A DNA stretch of 52,665 nt. Origin: a virus. Lineage: Duplodnaviria > Heunggongvirae > Uroviricota > Caudoviricetes. The stretch is taken from the IMG/VR virus record IMGVR_UViG_3300036856_000037; one strand, written 5' to 3'. This document shows, piece after piece, positions 8,073 to 17,123 of the stretch (position 1 is its first letter; every line of letters begins with the position of its first letter). Position numbers and translations under genes: made by a program. The notes beneath the pieces are model-generated. The model had not been told where the DNA came from, searched no databases, and saw only the letters and a program-made list of their open reading frames with translations.

Positions 8073-8339
8073 TCACTCCTGTTCGTGCCGATAACTTTCG
8101 AGAACACACGCAGCGAAATGGCGGGCTACCTGTCCACGTTTTTCGTCGTCGTCCTCATAGCCGTGCTCGTCCAACTCGGCATCCAGTACCGCGACAAGGG
8201 CTTGCTCGAATATCGCGCTGGGTGTCCAGGTGACCCGGCCAACCGCGTGTCCTTCATCACGCAACGTCATGTCTAGCCAGGCGCACGTCGCTGCCGCATC
8301 GCTGTCGCGCTGGTCCTCAATCTCGATGGTGATTTTCAC
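8073..8339 (-). CDS. hypothetical protein
   Basis: GTGA overlap with upstream gene. Confidence 0.65.
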   Translation of the reverse strand: MKITIEIEDQRDSDAAATCAWLDMTLRDEGHAVGRVTWTPSAIFEQALVAVLDAELDEHGYEDDDEKRGQVARHFAACVLESYRHEQE

Positions 8340-8488
8340 CTGTAGTAGTCCTGTTCGTTAGCCGGGCACCAGCCCTTGAACGGAAGCTGGTCGTTGGCAA
8401 TGACCGCAGCCCAAATGTGGTTGAGGATCAAAGGCCAGCCTCGATAGTCAGGCCAGTTGCTGACGTGCAAAACAGTGGTGGCGCCCAT
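8336..8488 (-). CDS. hypothetical protein (50 aa)
   Basis: fills gap; coupled. Confidence 0.5.
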   Translation of the reverse strand: MGATTVLHVSNWPDYRGWPLILNHIWAAVIANDQLPFKGWCPANEQDYYR

Positions 8489-8489
8489 G

Positions 8490-8681
8490 TCATCTCCCGG
8501 TCGGGACGATCTTGGGCGCAGGGACGAACTGATATAGCGGCAGCGGTCGCTCTGCCCATAGCCGCGTCTGTCGGCCTAGGAATGCATCACGGTCGGCTTC
8601 GGTGCGGAAGCCGCGCCCGCGCCATGCGTAGACGGCGCGCTGTTCTGTGAGGCCGTAGACCTCAACGGTTGTGTCAATCAT
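8490..8681 (-). CDS. hypothetical protein
   Basis: AGGAG RBS. Confidence 0.6.
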   Translation of the reverse strand: MIDTTVEVYGLTEQRAVYAWRGRGFRTEADRDAFLGRQTRLWAERPLPLYQFVPAPKIVPTGR

Positions 8682-8693
8682 GGTGATAACTCC

Positions 8694-8969
8694 TTAGTTC
8701 GCCTCATGGCGGCGGCGTAGCCACTCACGTATCTTGCTCGCCTCCCAGTGAACTCCTGCCAGGTCAGGGTCTTGCTCTGTTGGCTCCAATGGCGGCAGCT
8801 CCTTGCGACACGCTAGGCAGATGGCGTAACGGATGGACCCGTCGTTCTCCACCACGTCATAGACATCCTTGTGCCGCCCTACCAGGCACCGAAGTCGCCA
8901 GGGCAACGTCGGACGCGCGACATGCGTCTGGATGCTCTCCCATGTTGATGTGCTCAAGTGAACTTTCAT
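8694..8969 (-). CDS. hypothetical protein
   Basis: ATGA overlap; C..GRH...CLAC motif. Confidence 0.6.
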   Translation of the reverse strand: MKVHLSTSTWESIQTHVARPTLPWRLRCLVGRHKDVYDVVENDGSIRYAICLACRKELPPLEPTEQDPDLAGVHWEASKIREWLRRRHEAN

Positions 8970-9211
8970 CTCTCCCCCATCTGATGTGCCAACAAAACGT
9001 CGTCCAAAAACTGCTCGCGATCATTTACCCACCGCTCCACCCGGCACGCCTTCGCAGGGCCGTTGAGCTCTCTCATTAAATTGAGGTACAGCAGCGCCGC
9101 GACCTCACCAGTCCGCAGAAAATGATGACGGCTCGCTTCCCATAAGACGTGTCCGTCGATGCAGGGAGTAAGTCCCTCAAGTCCTTCGATTTTCTCGAAC
9201 GTCAGTCTCAT
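8966..9211 (-). CDS. hypothetical protein (WEA...ALLYLN family)
   Basis: ATGA overlap; paralog of 9208..9369. Confidence 0.6.
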   Translation of the reverse strand: MRLTFEKIEGLEGLTPCIDGHVLWEASRHHFLRTGEVAALLYLNLMRELNGPAKACRVERWVNDREQFLDDVLLAHQMGER

Positions 9212-9369
9212 GGCTTCTGCTCCCTCATCGCGTTCAGGTACAGCAGTGCGCCGACGTTGCCATCCATTTGAAAGGCCAGGCGGTTGGCCTCCCACACCAC
9301 CATGCGTAAGCCCGCGTGGTTCTCAAAGATGGGGTAGGTGCCGGTGCTGGTGGTGACGAATTGGGTCAT
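9208..9369 (-). CDS. hypothetical protein (53 aa; WEA...ALLYLN family)
   Basis: ATGA overlaps at both ends. Confidence 0.6.
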   Translation of the reverse strand: MTQFVTTSTGTYPIFENHAGLRMVVWEANRLAFQMDGNVGALLYLNAMREQKP

Positions 9370-9692
9370 GCAGGATGCACCCCAGGTGGGCGATTTTGAA
9401 CGGTGTCTCGGAATCCATGGGTGGGGCAGTAAAACTGGGTTGTGCGGTCCTCTTCAACCTGCTCGCCGCAGTGGCAGTACCACGGGCCGGTGTGCTCGTC
9501 GTTCTCTTCCTCTGCGTCGAACAATCCGTCCAGCGGTAGGTGGAGGTTGAGGCTGACATACTGACCGTCTATTTCTCCCTCGTAGCACCCGTACCAACCG
9601 GAGGGGTATTTGAGCATTCTTACCGGCGTCCAGCCTTCGCCCTCACGGCTCTTACCCACGACGAGTTGAATCTCAACGTCAGTGCTTTTCAT
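9366..9692 (-). CDS. hypothetical protein with C-terminal Cys motif
   Basis: WYCHCG...FYCPTHG. Confidence 0.6.
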   Translation of the reverse strand: MKSTDVEIQLVVGKSREGEGWTPVRMLKYPSGWYGCYEGEIDGQYVSLNLHLPLDGLFDAEEENDEHTGPWYCHCGEQVEEDRTTQFYCPTHGFRDTVQNRPPGVHPA

Positions 9693-9930
9693 GCTGGTGC
9701 TCCCTAATCCGCCTGCGGAGCTTGAAGTCCCACCAGCCCACCGGACGCCAGACGGTGTAGCTACTGGACCAGACGACGTTGCCCGTTATCCGCTCGCCAT
9801 CCTCGGCGTACCACCACTGCTCACACACGTCGCACTGCCACAGCGTGCCGGGGTCATAATGGGTGCCCAAGTGTCCGCTTCTAGGTGTGTCGCAGGTGTG
9901 CTCTCTAGGCGGTGCTGGGATAAACGTCAT
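9679..9930 (-). CDS. Zn-binding hypothetical protein (HxC...WxCxxC...WxxVxWW family)
   Basis: GGAGG RBS; shares motif with 10845..11159 and 13014..13259. Confidence 0.65.
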   Translation of the reverse strand: MTFIPAPPREHTCDTPRSGHLGTHYDPGTLWQCDVCEQWWYAEDGERITGNVVWSSSYTVWRPVGWWDFKLRRRIREHQHEKH

Positions 9931-10172
9931 CAGTACTCCACCTCGGCAAATTCCCGGCGCTCCCTGCATTCCTGCCAGCGCGCCACCACTTCCTCTTCGT
10001 GGTCCAGCGGGTTGCTCCGACTCTCGAAACGGCGCGGCACCCGATAGGGGCTGCGCCGGGGGAAGGTCCACCAGGTGCCATCGTGGAACCACACTTGGCC
10101 CGCGGGCGACATGTCGCTGGGAGCCCAGTGGTGATGCCCCCGGTAGCACATCGCGCGAAACCACGCCTTCAC
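9930..10172 (-). CDS. hypothetical protein
   Basis: GTGA coupling. Confidence 0.6.
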   Translation of the reverse strand: MKAWFRAMCYRGHHHWAPSDMSPAGQVWFHDGTWWTFPRRSPYRVPRRFESRSNPLDHEEEVVARWQECRERREFAEVEY

Positions 10173-10381
10173 TGCGCACCCCCTTCCCTCAGCAGGTCCA
10201 ATATCCGGTTGACCTCTTCATTTCGTGCCTCAACCAGCGCGTGGTAGTCACTGGGCACCAGGTTGGTGAGGTCCTTGGCGAGGCTGAGGTTGAACATCGC
10301 CTGAAGAAGTTGCTTCTCCAGCGGGAGCCAGTTTGAGTCGGGGGGCTCAAACCACTCATCCTTTGCTCTGGTCAGGATCAT
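10169..10381 (-). CDS. hypothetical protein
   Basis: GGAG RBS. Confidence 0.55.
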   Translation of the reverse strand: MILTRAKDEWFEPPDSNWLPLEKQLLQAMFNLSLAKDLTNLVPSDYHALVEARNEEVNRILDLLREGGAQ

Positions 10382-10646
10382 GGTTCTCCAATCCCAGCGA
10401 GCTGATCCACTTGTAGTACAGCCGCAACGTGATGCCCCAGCGGGGGTCTTCATGCGTATTCATGTGGATCAGCGCGGTGAACATGTCGCTGAGTTCCTGG
10501 TGCTCTGGCGCGGTGTAGCCCGCAAGATAAGCACACCTGCCGCGGTGGAAGTCCCACATCCCTTGGTTGTCGGTGTAGGCCGTCGTGATTTCCAACTGAC
10601 CGAAGCAGATGCAGCACAGGCCGTTGGTGAGTTCAGGGCTGGCCAC
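10356..10646 (-). CDS. hypothetical protein
   Basis: AGGAG RBS before GTG 10646; CCIC motif. Confidence 0.6.
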   Translation of the reverse strand: MASPELTNGLCCICFGQLEITTAYTDNQGMWDFHRGRCAYLAGYTAPEHQELSDMFTALIHMNTHEDPRWGITLRLYYKWISSLGLENHDPDQSKG

Positions 10647-10848
10647 ATTGCTCCTTGACGTAGAAGAACGCCTCGGGGAAAGTCGTAAAGCACTTGAGGC
10701 CGACGTACTTCTTTTCCGGCTTCCACCCTGGCGGCGGGTAGACAAACCACTTCTGACCCAGTTGGGTGTGGGGCCACAGCCGGATCAGCCAGCCGTCCAC
10801 CGTAATGTTTCCCTCAGCGTCAATACTGTGATCAGGCACGACGTTCAC
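10633..10848 (-). CDS. hypothetical protein
   Basis: GAGGAGG RBS; GTGA overlap. Confidence 0.6.
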   Translation of the reverse strand: MNVVPDHSIDAEGNITVDGWLIRLWPHTQLGQKWFVYPPPGWKPEKKYVGLKCFTTFPEAFFYVKEQCGQP

Positions 10849-11159
10849 GGGTCGGTGACCTCCTCCCCGGTACTGCCCTCTTCGAACTTCCTGATGCGCT
10901 CTCGCGCCGCGTAGTTCCACCACCGGACGCGCCTCCACTCCCTGCCGCCGCCGTGATAGACGCCGTCAAACGGCGGCTTGTAGTCGCAGCACCGCCACCA
11001 GTCGCCGCACGTCGGGCACTGCCACAGGGAGTCGATGTCATACAGCCGAGGTACCTTTACCGACTGACCGAAGACGGTGCGTACCGGCCAGTCACTCATC
11101 GGTCGCGTGCTTTTCGGCGTCGCGCACTCATGGCTGCTCTCCGGCTCGATCAGGACCAT
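10845..11159 (-). CDS. Zn-binding hypothetical protein (HxC...WxCxxC...WxxVxWW family)
   Basis: HEC, SLWQCPTCGDWW, WRRVRWW. Confidence 0.65.
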   Translation of the reverse strand: MVLIEPESSHECATPKSTRPMSDWPVRTVFGQSVKVPRLYDIDSLWQCPTCGDWWRCCDYKPPFDGVYHGGGREWRRVRWWNYAARERIRKFEEGSTGEEVTDP

Positions 11160-11386
11160 GGTCCACCGAAGTTCGTGATCGCGATCCCCTCGGCCATGAA
11201 GGCATGGACCCATGTCTGCTCAAAGCCGCATTCCTCACACCGCAGTGCGTCATTGAAGGCGACCATCGGCGGGTGGTGGTGACAGTCGCACATGAACGGG
11301 TGAAACGCGCCACCGCGCTGGAAGGAGTTGATGCAGTCGACTTCCAGGTCCGTCCACGGCGCTTGCGAGATTCCTTGTTCGCTCAT
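11150..11386 (-). CDS. conserved phage hypothetical protein
   Basis: Q.GGAFHPFMC, CEECGFEQTWVH. Confidence 0.65.
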   Translation of the reverse strand: MSEQGISQAPWTDLEVDCINSFQRGGAFHPFMCDCHHHPPMVAFNDALRCEECGFEQTWVHAFMAEGIAITNFGGPWS

Positions 11387-11865
11387 GCTTCTATCGCCTT
11401 CAGTTGCGGTAGCAGTTCGGGCATCTGCTGTGTCTCATACGCATGGGCGATGTCGGGCTCGATCTCCTCTGCCACCGTCCTGCCGTTGGGGAGGACGGTA
11501 TTGGCAAGAAACTCTGCCTCGAACGTGGAAATCTGTGCCTCCACTGCCTCCAGCTTGGCCTTGATGACCAGGTTCAGCGCGCGCCAGCGTTGCCGTACCG
11601 CCTGCTCATACGCTTCTATCTGCTGGTTCACCGTGCGCCGGCGCGGGCTGGCGTGGTTGGTCCACTTGAACTCCTTGGCCTCTTTATCCGGCATGGGCAC
11701 GACGAAGCGGACCTGTCGACCACGCATCTGAAACGCCACCATCGACTGCTCTCCCGACTCTCCCCACATGAATTGGGTCGCGCCCCAGCGTTGCAACGTC
11801 CGCCTGATTTCCGCCATGCTGCGGTCGGTGGACACCTCTGTGCCCGCGGCGTAGGTGGCCATCAC
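11383..11865 (-). CDS. conserved phage hypothetical protein
   Basis: YAAGTEVSTDRS.AEI, QRWRAL.LVIKAKLEAVE, FEAEFLA motifs. Confidence 0.8.
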   Translation of the reverse strand: MMATYAAGTEVSTDRSMAEIRRTLQRWGATQFMWGESGEQSMVAFQMRGRQVRFVVPMPDKEAKEFKWTNHASPRRRTVNQQIEAYEQAVRQRWRALNLVIKAKLEAVEAQISTFEAEFLANTVLPNGRTVAEEIEPDIAHAYETQQMPELLPQLKAIEA

Positions 11866-12173
11866 TGTCCCTTCTTAAAGCGCGAGATGGCGTCGGAGAT
11901 TTGCCCCTGGACCTCGCTGTAGCTGCGGTCGGGATCGTGGTAGGGCTTTTTGCGGTCCTTGGCATTCGCGTGCGTCTTGGCGCTATTGCGCTGCTTCAAG
12001 TACCGCGAGGAGTTCAGCTGCTCTGCCGCCTTGAGCGCGCCAAACTCTGAGTCATGGCTGGACATCACGTGCTTGCGTTCGGTGTCAATGGTTGCCCATT
12101 CCTTCGGCTCATCCGTCCAGGTGTAGCCGGTGAGTTCACTGGTGCGACAGTGGCTATACCGTGCCATCATCAC
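11862..12173 (-). CDS. hypothetical protein
   Basis: coupled ORF. Confidence 0.6.
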   Translation of the reverse strand: MMMARYSHCRTSELTGYTWTDEPKEWATIDTERKHVMSSHDSEFGALKAAEQLNSSRYLKQRNSAKTHANAKDRKKPYHDPDRSYSEVQGQISDAISRFKKGQ

Positions 12174-12408
12174 CGCGCATCAAGTTGGGCTCGTTCAACT
12201 GCGCCGCGTACCACTCACGACGAGCTTGGTAAATACGCTCCTGCACCATGCCTAAATGGAAGCGGCAGAACCCCCATGCCAAGATGGCAAAACACGCCCA
12301 CAACGGCGGCGTCCACAGGGTGACCAGGACTATCCAGAAGGCGCATTCAGCGAGCGCCGCATACCAATAGTCCTTGCTCCGGAACGGGTGTGATGGTGGC
12401 TCTTTCAT
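12154..12408 (-). CDS. membrane protein
   Basis: GGAGG RBS; two hydrophobic segments. Confidence 0.6.
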   Translation of the reverse strand: MKEPPSHPFRSKDYWYAALAECAFWIVLVTLWTPPLWACFAILAWGFCRFHLGMVQERIYQARREWYAAQLNEPNLMRGDDGTV

Positions 12409-12481
12409 TGCGTCACCTCCAGGTAGCGGCCCGCCGTTGCGTGCGTAGCTAGCGCAAGACGTATTGACGGGCGGCACGTCA

Positions 12482-12817
12482 TCAGTTCAGCCGGTCCTTG
12501 ATCGCGACCAGATGATGCGCGCGGACGGCGGCGGTGGCCGCCTGGCGAAGCGTCATGTCCGGTGGGTCACTCTCAGTACCCGTCCCGTAGCAGGAACACC
12601 TGCCCTCGATGTGCGCCACCGAGCCCAGGATTTGACGCAGGTAGCAATTCTCATGGTAATGAATAATTTGGTTCGTCGGATACACCACGGAGGTAAATCC
12701 GGTGTCGCCGTTGACAATTCGCTCACTACACCAGACGCACTTGGCGCCCACGGGTGTCTCTATATGAAGCTCGGGCTCACAACACGGCGCGCCCCAGTCT
12801 TCTCCGAACCAGTTCAT
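12482..12817 (-). CDS. hypothetical protein (Cys-rich)
   Basis: CVWC, HYHENC; GGAG RBS. Confidence 0.7.
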   Translation of the reverse strand: MNWFGEDWGAPCCEPELHIETPVGAKCVWCSERIVNGDTGFTSVVYPTNQIIHYHENCYLRQILGSVAHIEGRCSCYGTGTESDPPDMTLRQAATAAVRAHHLVAIKDRLN

Positions 12818-12819
12818 GA

Positions 12820-13017
12820 TTATCGCTCCTTCATGATGCGCTCGATCTCACGGCGTTGCCTGCTACACGTCCTGATGAAGCTGACTGTCATGAGAACGTA
12901 GAATCCAGCAGCAACGAAGGCGCCGGGCTTGCTGTGCAGCGCCATGGCGACGGCACCCGCGATTGCCGTGAACACCAGCAGTGCTTGAGTGCTGCGGTAC
13001 CAGCGTTTAACAGTCAT
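12820..13017 (-). CDS. small membrane protein
   Basis: ATGA overlap; 2 TM. Confidence 0.6.
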   Translation of the reverse strand: MTVKRWYRSTQALLVFTAIAGAVAMALHSKPGAFVAAGFYVLMTVSFIRTCSRQRREIERIMKER

Positions 13018-13259
13018 CCTCGCCTCTTCCAACGCCAGGCGGTCTCTTGTAGCCCCTTCTCCTTCTTGTGCTTCTTGATCTTGAGGAGCGCCGGATAGTC
13101 CCAGAATCGCACTCGCTTCCAGTCGGGACCACCCCAGGAGTTCGACTTGACCACCCAGCCCTTGCCGCAACTGCACAGCCAGACAGAGCCGACTGGCGGC
13201 GCCCCCGCACTACGCAGGTAGCAGTGGTGTGGCTCTGGTGCCCGGTAGACCAGATTCAC
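13014..13259 (-). CDS. Zn-binding hypothetical protein (HxC...WxCxC...WxxVxFW family)
   Basis: HHC, SVWLCSCGKGW, WKRVRFWDY. Confidence 0.65.
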   Translation of the reverse strand: MNLVYRAPEPHHCYLRSAGAPPVGSVWLCSCGKGWVVKSNSWGGPDWKRVRFWDYPALLKIKKHKKEKGLQETAWRWKRRG

Positions 13260-13508
13260 CGCAAGACTCGTTGGTTTTCACCGCCGCACCACGGGCGGTC
13301 CTGTCCGGTGAGTGGTTGGGTGGTGACGCGGTAAGCGCCCTTTCCCGGCGGCTCACGATGAGGCGGGATTCTGCCTTCGCCAGTCGGCACCAGTAGGCGG
13401 CGGCATAACGGGCAGGGCCGGTGGACGCCCCTCATAACTCCTCCTTCACGTAGTGCCGCGCGCCGACGTCGCTTATGCCGTCGTCTGAGTCATTGGCGCG
13501 CAGCCTGC

Positions 13509-13904
13509 TCATATGGTCCCGAACCTCCCGAAGTCGGGAAGCGCAGGTGTGCCGTCTTCTTTTCCCCAGAGGTGGAGGACGTTGTCACGGATGCTGATGT
13601 GCTCATCGGTAGGGACGAACGCCTGGTAGGAATATCCCTCGTCAAAGGCCGCTTTGTGAAGCAGTTTCAGGTCGTCGTAGGTGGGCATGTCTTTGGTGTC
13701 TTGATACGACATCGAGGCATGGAGCCAGACAACGCCGTCTGGCTCCATCCATGGGGAGACGATGATCCTGCGCCCGTCGCGCGAGTCGAACACCCAGCAG
13801 TCATCCCCGTACGGAAAGGGTGCTGTCCAGCCCTTGCCTAGTCGTCGCCGGATAGCGAGAGCGTTGATTGTTTCACGTGGAACACCAATGCTGGGCTCAC
13901 TCAC
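13509..13904 (-). CDS. conserved phage protein (DUF7694-like)
   Basis: WLHASMS, MPTYDDL, HI.I.DNVLHLW. Confidence 0.75.
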   Translation of the reverse strand: MSEPSIGVPRETINALAIRRRLGKGWTAPFPYGDDCWVFDSRDGRRIIVSPWMEPDGVVWLHASMSYQDTKDMPTYDDLKLLHKAAFDEGYSYQAFVPTDEHISIRDNVLHLWGKEDGTPALPDFGRFGTI

Positions 13905-14155
13905 GGTGTCACCCCGGCGTATTCCTTCAGCACGGCGATGAGGTGGTTGGCGCCGAAGATGACCCAACCGTCACGTTGGAAGGTGCCGTTCACCCATGAG
14001 CACAAGCAGTACTGGGGGCTGACGCCAGGCCGGTGGTCGGCCATCACGTCGCGGATCTCTTCCTCGGTGAACGCGATCAATACTGCTCCGTTCGTTGGTG
14101 GGCCGCGACGTGGTTCATCTTGACGACGAGGTTGTGGTTGTCGCGGCGTACGTCA

Positions 14156-14181
14156 ATTATACGCCAGGTCACTGGCACATC
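14156..14181 (-). promoter_or_regulatory. dyad promoter, copy 1
   Basis: GATGTGCCAG-TGACC-TGGCG-TATAAT. Confidence 0.75.
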
Positions 14182-14316
14182 AAAAGGTGAACACAGTAGT
14201 AATACCCCTACCGCACGGCGTGTCGGGTCTGCTACAGTTGCGGCATGTTTGCGCGACCCGCCGCCCCACGACCGCCACGATGGCGTCGATATACTCGGGT
14301 TTGACGCGCGCAAAAA

Positions 14317-14355
14317 ATGAGGCGCTCTCCCCTCGGGTATATCTCCGGGGTGTAG
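14317..14355 (+). CDS. candidate leader peptide of the Pro/Trp/Tyr tRNA cluster (MRRSPLGYISGV)
   Basis: M-R start; CCC and TAT codons; ends inside tRNA-Pro; no SD, no Trp codon. Confidence 0.35.
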   Translation: MRRSPLGYISGV

Positions 14356-14421
14356 GGAAGTACGGTATCCCGCCTCATTTGGGATGAGGAAAACGCAGGT
14401 TCGAATCCTGCCTCCCCGACC
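14346..14421 (+). tRNA. tRNA-Pro(TGG)
   Basis: CCTCA-TTTGGGA-TGAGG. Confidence 0.92.
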
Positions 14422-14448
14422 TAAGCTCAAGCCCTTCTGCTCACCAAT

Positions 14449-14524
14449 AGGGGTGTAGCTCAGCGGCTAGAGCAGCGGCCTCCAAAACCGCCGGTCAAGG
14501 GTTCGAGTCCCTTCACCCCTGCCA
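14449..14524 (+). tRNA. tRNA-Trp(CCA)
   Basis: GCGGC-CTCCAAA-ACCGC (C31.A39 mismatch); encoded CCA. Confidence 0.92.
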
Positions 14525-14544
14525 CGTCAAGCCTTTCACTTCAT

Positions 14545-14626
14545 GCCGGCACCTGTTCATGCGGCGAGGACAGCGGACTGTAAATCCGTGGCGAAAGCTG
14601 TGCAGGTCCGACTCCTGCTGCCGGTA
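14545..14626 (+). tRNA. tRNA-Tyr(GTA)
   Basis: GCGGA-CTGTAAA-TCCGT; long V arm; T-loop TCCGACT. Confidence 0.85.
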
Positions 14627-14797
14627 CTCAACCCTGATACGGATGGCGCCGCTCTGTATGGCTGACTGGCCCACAGATGTCGCAGTGTCCCCGCATCGTG
14701 TAGGTATGCGCCGCGCCCCACTCCTCGCGGGTGTGGACGGTGAAGCTGAGATGCGGACACAGGTAACCCCTGAGCGTCACCGGGTCGGAGAACATAG

Positions 14798-15133
14798 TCA
14801 GATGACCAGCCGCGTGACAGGGAATATGTCGGCGTGCTTCTTGAGCAGGTCGTTGCCAAAATCCTCCACCAGCTTGAAATGATCAGAGCCGTCAGGACTT
14901 TCAACATCGTACTTAGCCCACAGGTGATCAACGTGCTGGGTCAGCGGAATCAGGTCCTCAGGCACCATTGCCGCGTTGACGTGGATCAGCCAGTGGTTCA
15001 CCTCGTCGATGAACTCAGGCCCTTCTCGGTGGCCATAACCCCAGAAGATGTCGCCGCGTTCGTCTTCAATCATCTGGAAGATGGGTCCGTCGTCGGTGAC
15101 GAAATGGTGTTCATAGGTGGCACTCTCGGTCAT
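14798..15133 (-). CDS. hypothetical protein
   Basis: ATGA coupling; acidic 111 aa. Confidence 0.7.
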   Translation of the reverse strand: MTESATYEHHFVTDDGPIFQMIEDERGDIFWGYGHREGPEFIDEVNHWLIHVNAAMVPEDLIPLTQHVDHLWAKYDVESPDGSDHFKLVEDFGNDLLKKHADIFPVTRLVI

Positions 15134-15336
15134 AGGATGCGCTCAATCCCTTCATGGTTCTCGGCTCGCTGGATCATCTCGTCGGCGCAGGGTGTGCAAA
15201 CCCGAAACCGGACTTCAAAAAACCGCAGTATCGGACTGAGTCCAATAATCCGACGATCATCATCTTTCTTAAAGGGCTGCAGTTTGGCCTTACAGCGGGG
15301 GCACCGATTGGTTCGCACGAACGACACAACAATCAC
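15130..15336 (-). CDS. Zn-binding-like hypothetical protein
   Basis: CPRC...CTPC. Confidence 0.55.
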   Translation of the reverse strand: MIVVSFVRTNRCPRCKAKLQPFKKDDDRRIIGLSPILRFFEVRFRVCTPCADEMIQRAENHEGIERIL

Positions 15337-15463
15337 GACAGATCCTCATCTGGGACGTGGCAGTGCGGCTTCTCTGGGATGTCGGGACAACCGCAGGGGG
15401 CACCCGGCGGCCAGACATGGCGCAGTTCGCAATCAGGGTCCTGACAGCAGCACGCCGGGGTAC

Positions 15464-16150
15464 TCACGACGCCGCGCCGCCCTGGATCAGCGTGAACGTC
15501 GGACGTGGTGGCGTCGGCGGCTTGCCATTGGGCAACGGCTCTCGGTGCGGATCAGCCCAGGCGTAGAGCTTGGCCCAGTCGGTGTTGAAGTACCGCGACA
15601 GGATGCCGCCGCGGTTCGCCGGCGGGGAAGGTTTGCCGTTCTCCTCCCACTTGCGCCATGCCTCCTGGTGACACAACTGCGCCGCGCGGGTCATGTGCGC
15701 AGTGCAGTAGCCGAGGTACTCACCCTCCCCGGTCTCGGGATCGCGCTGGACCCACCGGGTGGTCGCGTTCTTTCCGCAGGGCTTTCCCGTATTCGGACCA
15801 CGGGTCTTGGGCACCGGGCATGTCACGTTCCTGGGACACGGCACCTCATAGCGCGGGATGTCGTTGGCGATGACGCGCCGCACTGTCTCCACCGCGCTGT
15901 CGTACTGACGCACCTCCCCCATGATGTTCATAGTGCGAACCTTGGGCGTCCCCACCATCATCTCGCCAATGGCCTGGGACCACGCCTTCCCCTTGCCGGT
16001 GCGTTTCTTCTCCGCGCGCTCTGGGCTTGCCAGGTAGGCGGCTAAGCAGAAGGCGAAGAGTTTGGCCGTCTGGTCGAGGTCGTCGTCGGCGGCAATGCGC
16101 AAGAGGAGATTGCGGATACGAAGCGCGCCGGGGAGGTCTTGGCTGGTCAA
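15464..16150 (-). CDS. hypothetical protein (228 aa, Cys-containing)
   Basis: GGAGG RBS; C-terminal FTLIQGG. Confidence 0.75.
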   Translation of the reverse strand: MTSQDLPGALRIRNLLLRIAADDDLDQTAKLFAFCLAAYLASPERAEKKRTGKGKAWSQAIGEMMVGTPKVRTMNIMGEVRQYDSAVETVRRVIANDIPRYEVPCPRNVTCPVPKTRGPNTGKPCGKNATTRWVQRDPETGEGEYLGYCTAHMTRAAQLCHQEAWRKWEENGKPSPPANRGGILSRYFNTDWAKLYAWADPHREPLPNGKPPTPPRPTFTLIQGGAAS

Positions 16151-16368
16151 CTATTCCTCCGCTCGTTGGCCATTTTCCAGAGCGCGTTAACCGCTGTGAG
16201 CAGGCCCATGTCGGGTTCATCTATCACCCAACAGGGTAAGTCGCCGTGCTTCTCGCGGTACATCTCTACGGCTGTGTCGCTCCCACCTTCATAGGCCCAG
16301 CCGATGAAGTCCTGGGCGCGCTGGATCTCAAAGATGTCGGGGACATGCCAGTCCCAGACGAAGGTCAT
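16147..16368 (-). CDS. hypothetical protein
   Basis: ATGA coupling. Confidence 0.65.
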   Translation of the reverse strand: MTFVWDWHVPDIFEIQRAQDFIGWAYEGGSDTAVEMYREKHGDLPCWVIDEPDMGLLTAVNALWKMANERRNS

Positions 16369-17123
16369 TGGATGTGCTCGTCATTCCCCTGGTCTCGCCA
16401 GGAGTGCATCTCACTCAGGTCAGTAAACGGCGGCTGGCCGATGATGGCCGGCGGGGTGCTGAATATATTGGCCGTCTCCAGCGTCGCCACCGTGCGGTAG
16501 TCGAGGTCGGCCATCAACAGCTCCTGCTCTTGCCGCGTACGTTTGCCGTGCTCCATTCGTACCCGCGTACACCGGACGCAATAACAGTCAGAGCTGGGTA
16601 TCCACCGCTTGCACTTCTCTTTGCGCACCGGACCCGACAGTGCCTTGATATGCGGTGGGATGAACCGTGGTTCTGGGGCAGGCTTTTGTGAGTTACCCAG
16701 CTCGCGCAGATAGACACACCGTCCGCAGGTGCAGTTGACACCTTTGGTGGCAGCTTCACACTTGGTGACAATCTTCGGAAACGGGGCGGTCTGCTGTCTA
16801 CCGATCTCTGCCGCCGCGCTCTTACTGCGGTCCATCTGCTCGATCTTGCGGCCGAGTTCCTGGGCCGCTTTATACAATTCCTCGGCTTGCTGCAGCCGCA
16901 CCGCTGTGGTGGTCGACTGACGGGTGATGTTCTCCTCATTGGCGCGCAGTCGCGCAATCTCAATCTCCGGTGCGGCCAACCGCTGCAGCATCTCCAGCTT
17001 GATCTTGCGCCTGACGTGGATGGTGGCGCGCAACTCCCGCGCGCCGTGGTAACAGAAGGGCGTACTCGCTATGGCGGCAAACTCATACCACTGCAGGGCT
17101 GGGAGTATGCACATGAGCGTCAC
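16365..17123 (-). CDS. hypothetical protein with coiled coil and Cys clusters
   Basis: CTCGRC and CYCVRC motifs; start uncertain. Confidence 0.65.
   Translation of the reverse strand: MTLMCILPALQWYEFAAIASTPFCYHGARELRATIHVRRKIKLEMLQRLAAPEIEIARLRANEENITRQSTTTAVRLQQAEELYKAAQELGRKIEQMDRSKSAAAEIGRQQTAPFPKIVTKCEAATKGVNCTCGRCVYLRELGNSQKPAPEPRFIPPHIKALSGPVRKEKCKRWIPSSDCYCVRCTRVRMEHGKRTRQEQELLMADLDYRTVATLETANIFSTPPAIIGQPPFTDLSEMHSWRDQGNDEHIQ

Noticed and set aside
14449-14524. Hirsh-type (A24) suppressor tRNA-Trp
   Set aside because: The D stem is GCTC/GAGC with G24.
14834-16045. 403-aa plus-strand ORF
   Set aside because: Antisense shadow of coupled minus-strand genes; no RBS or domain.
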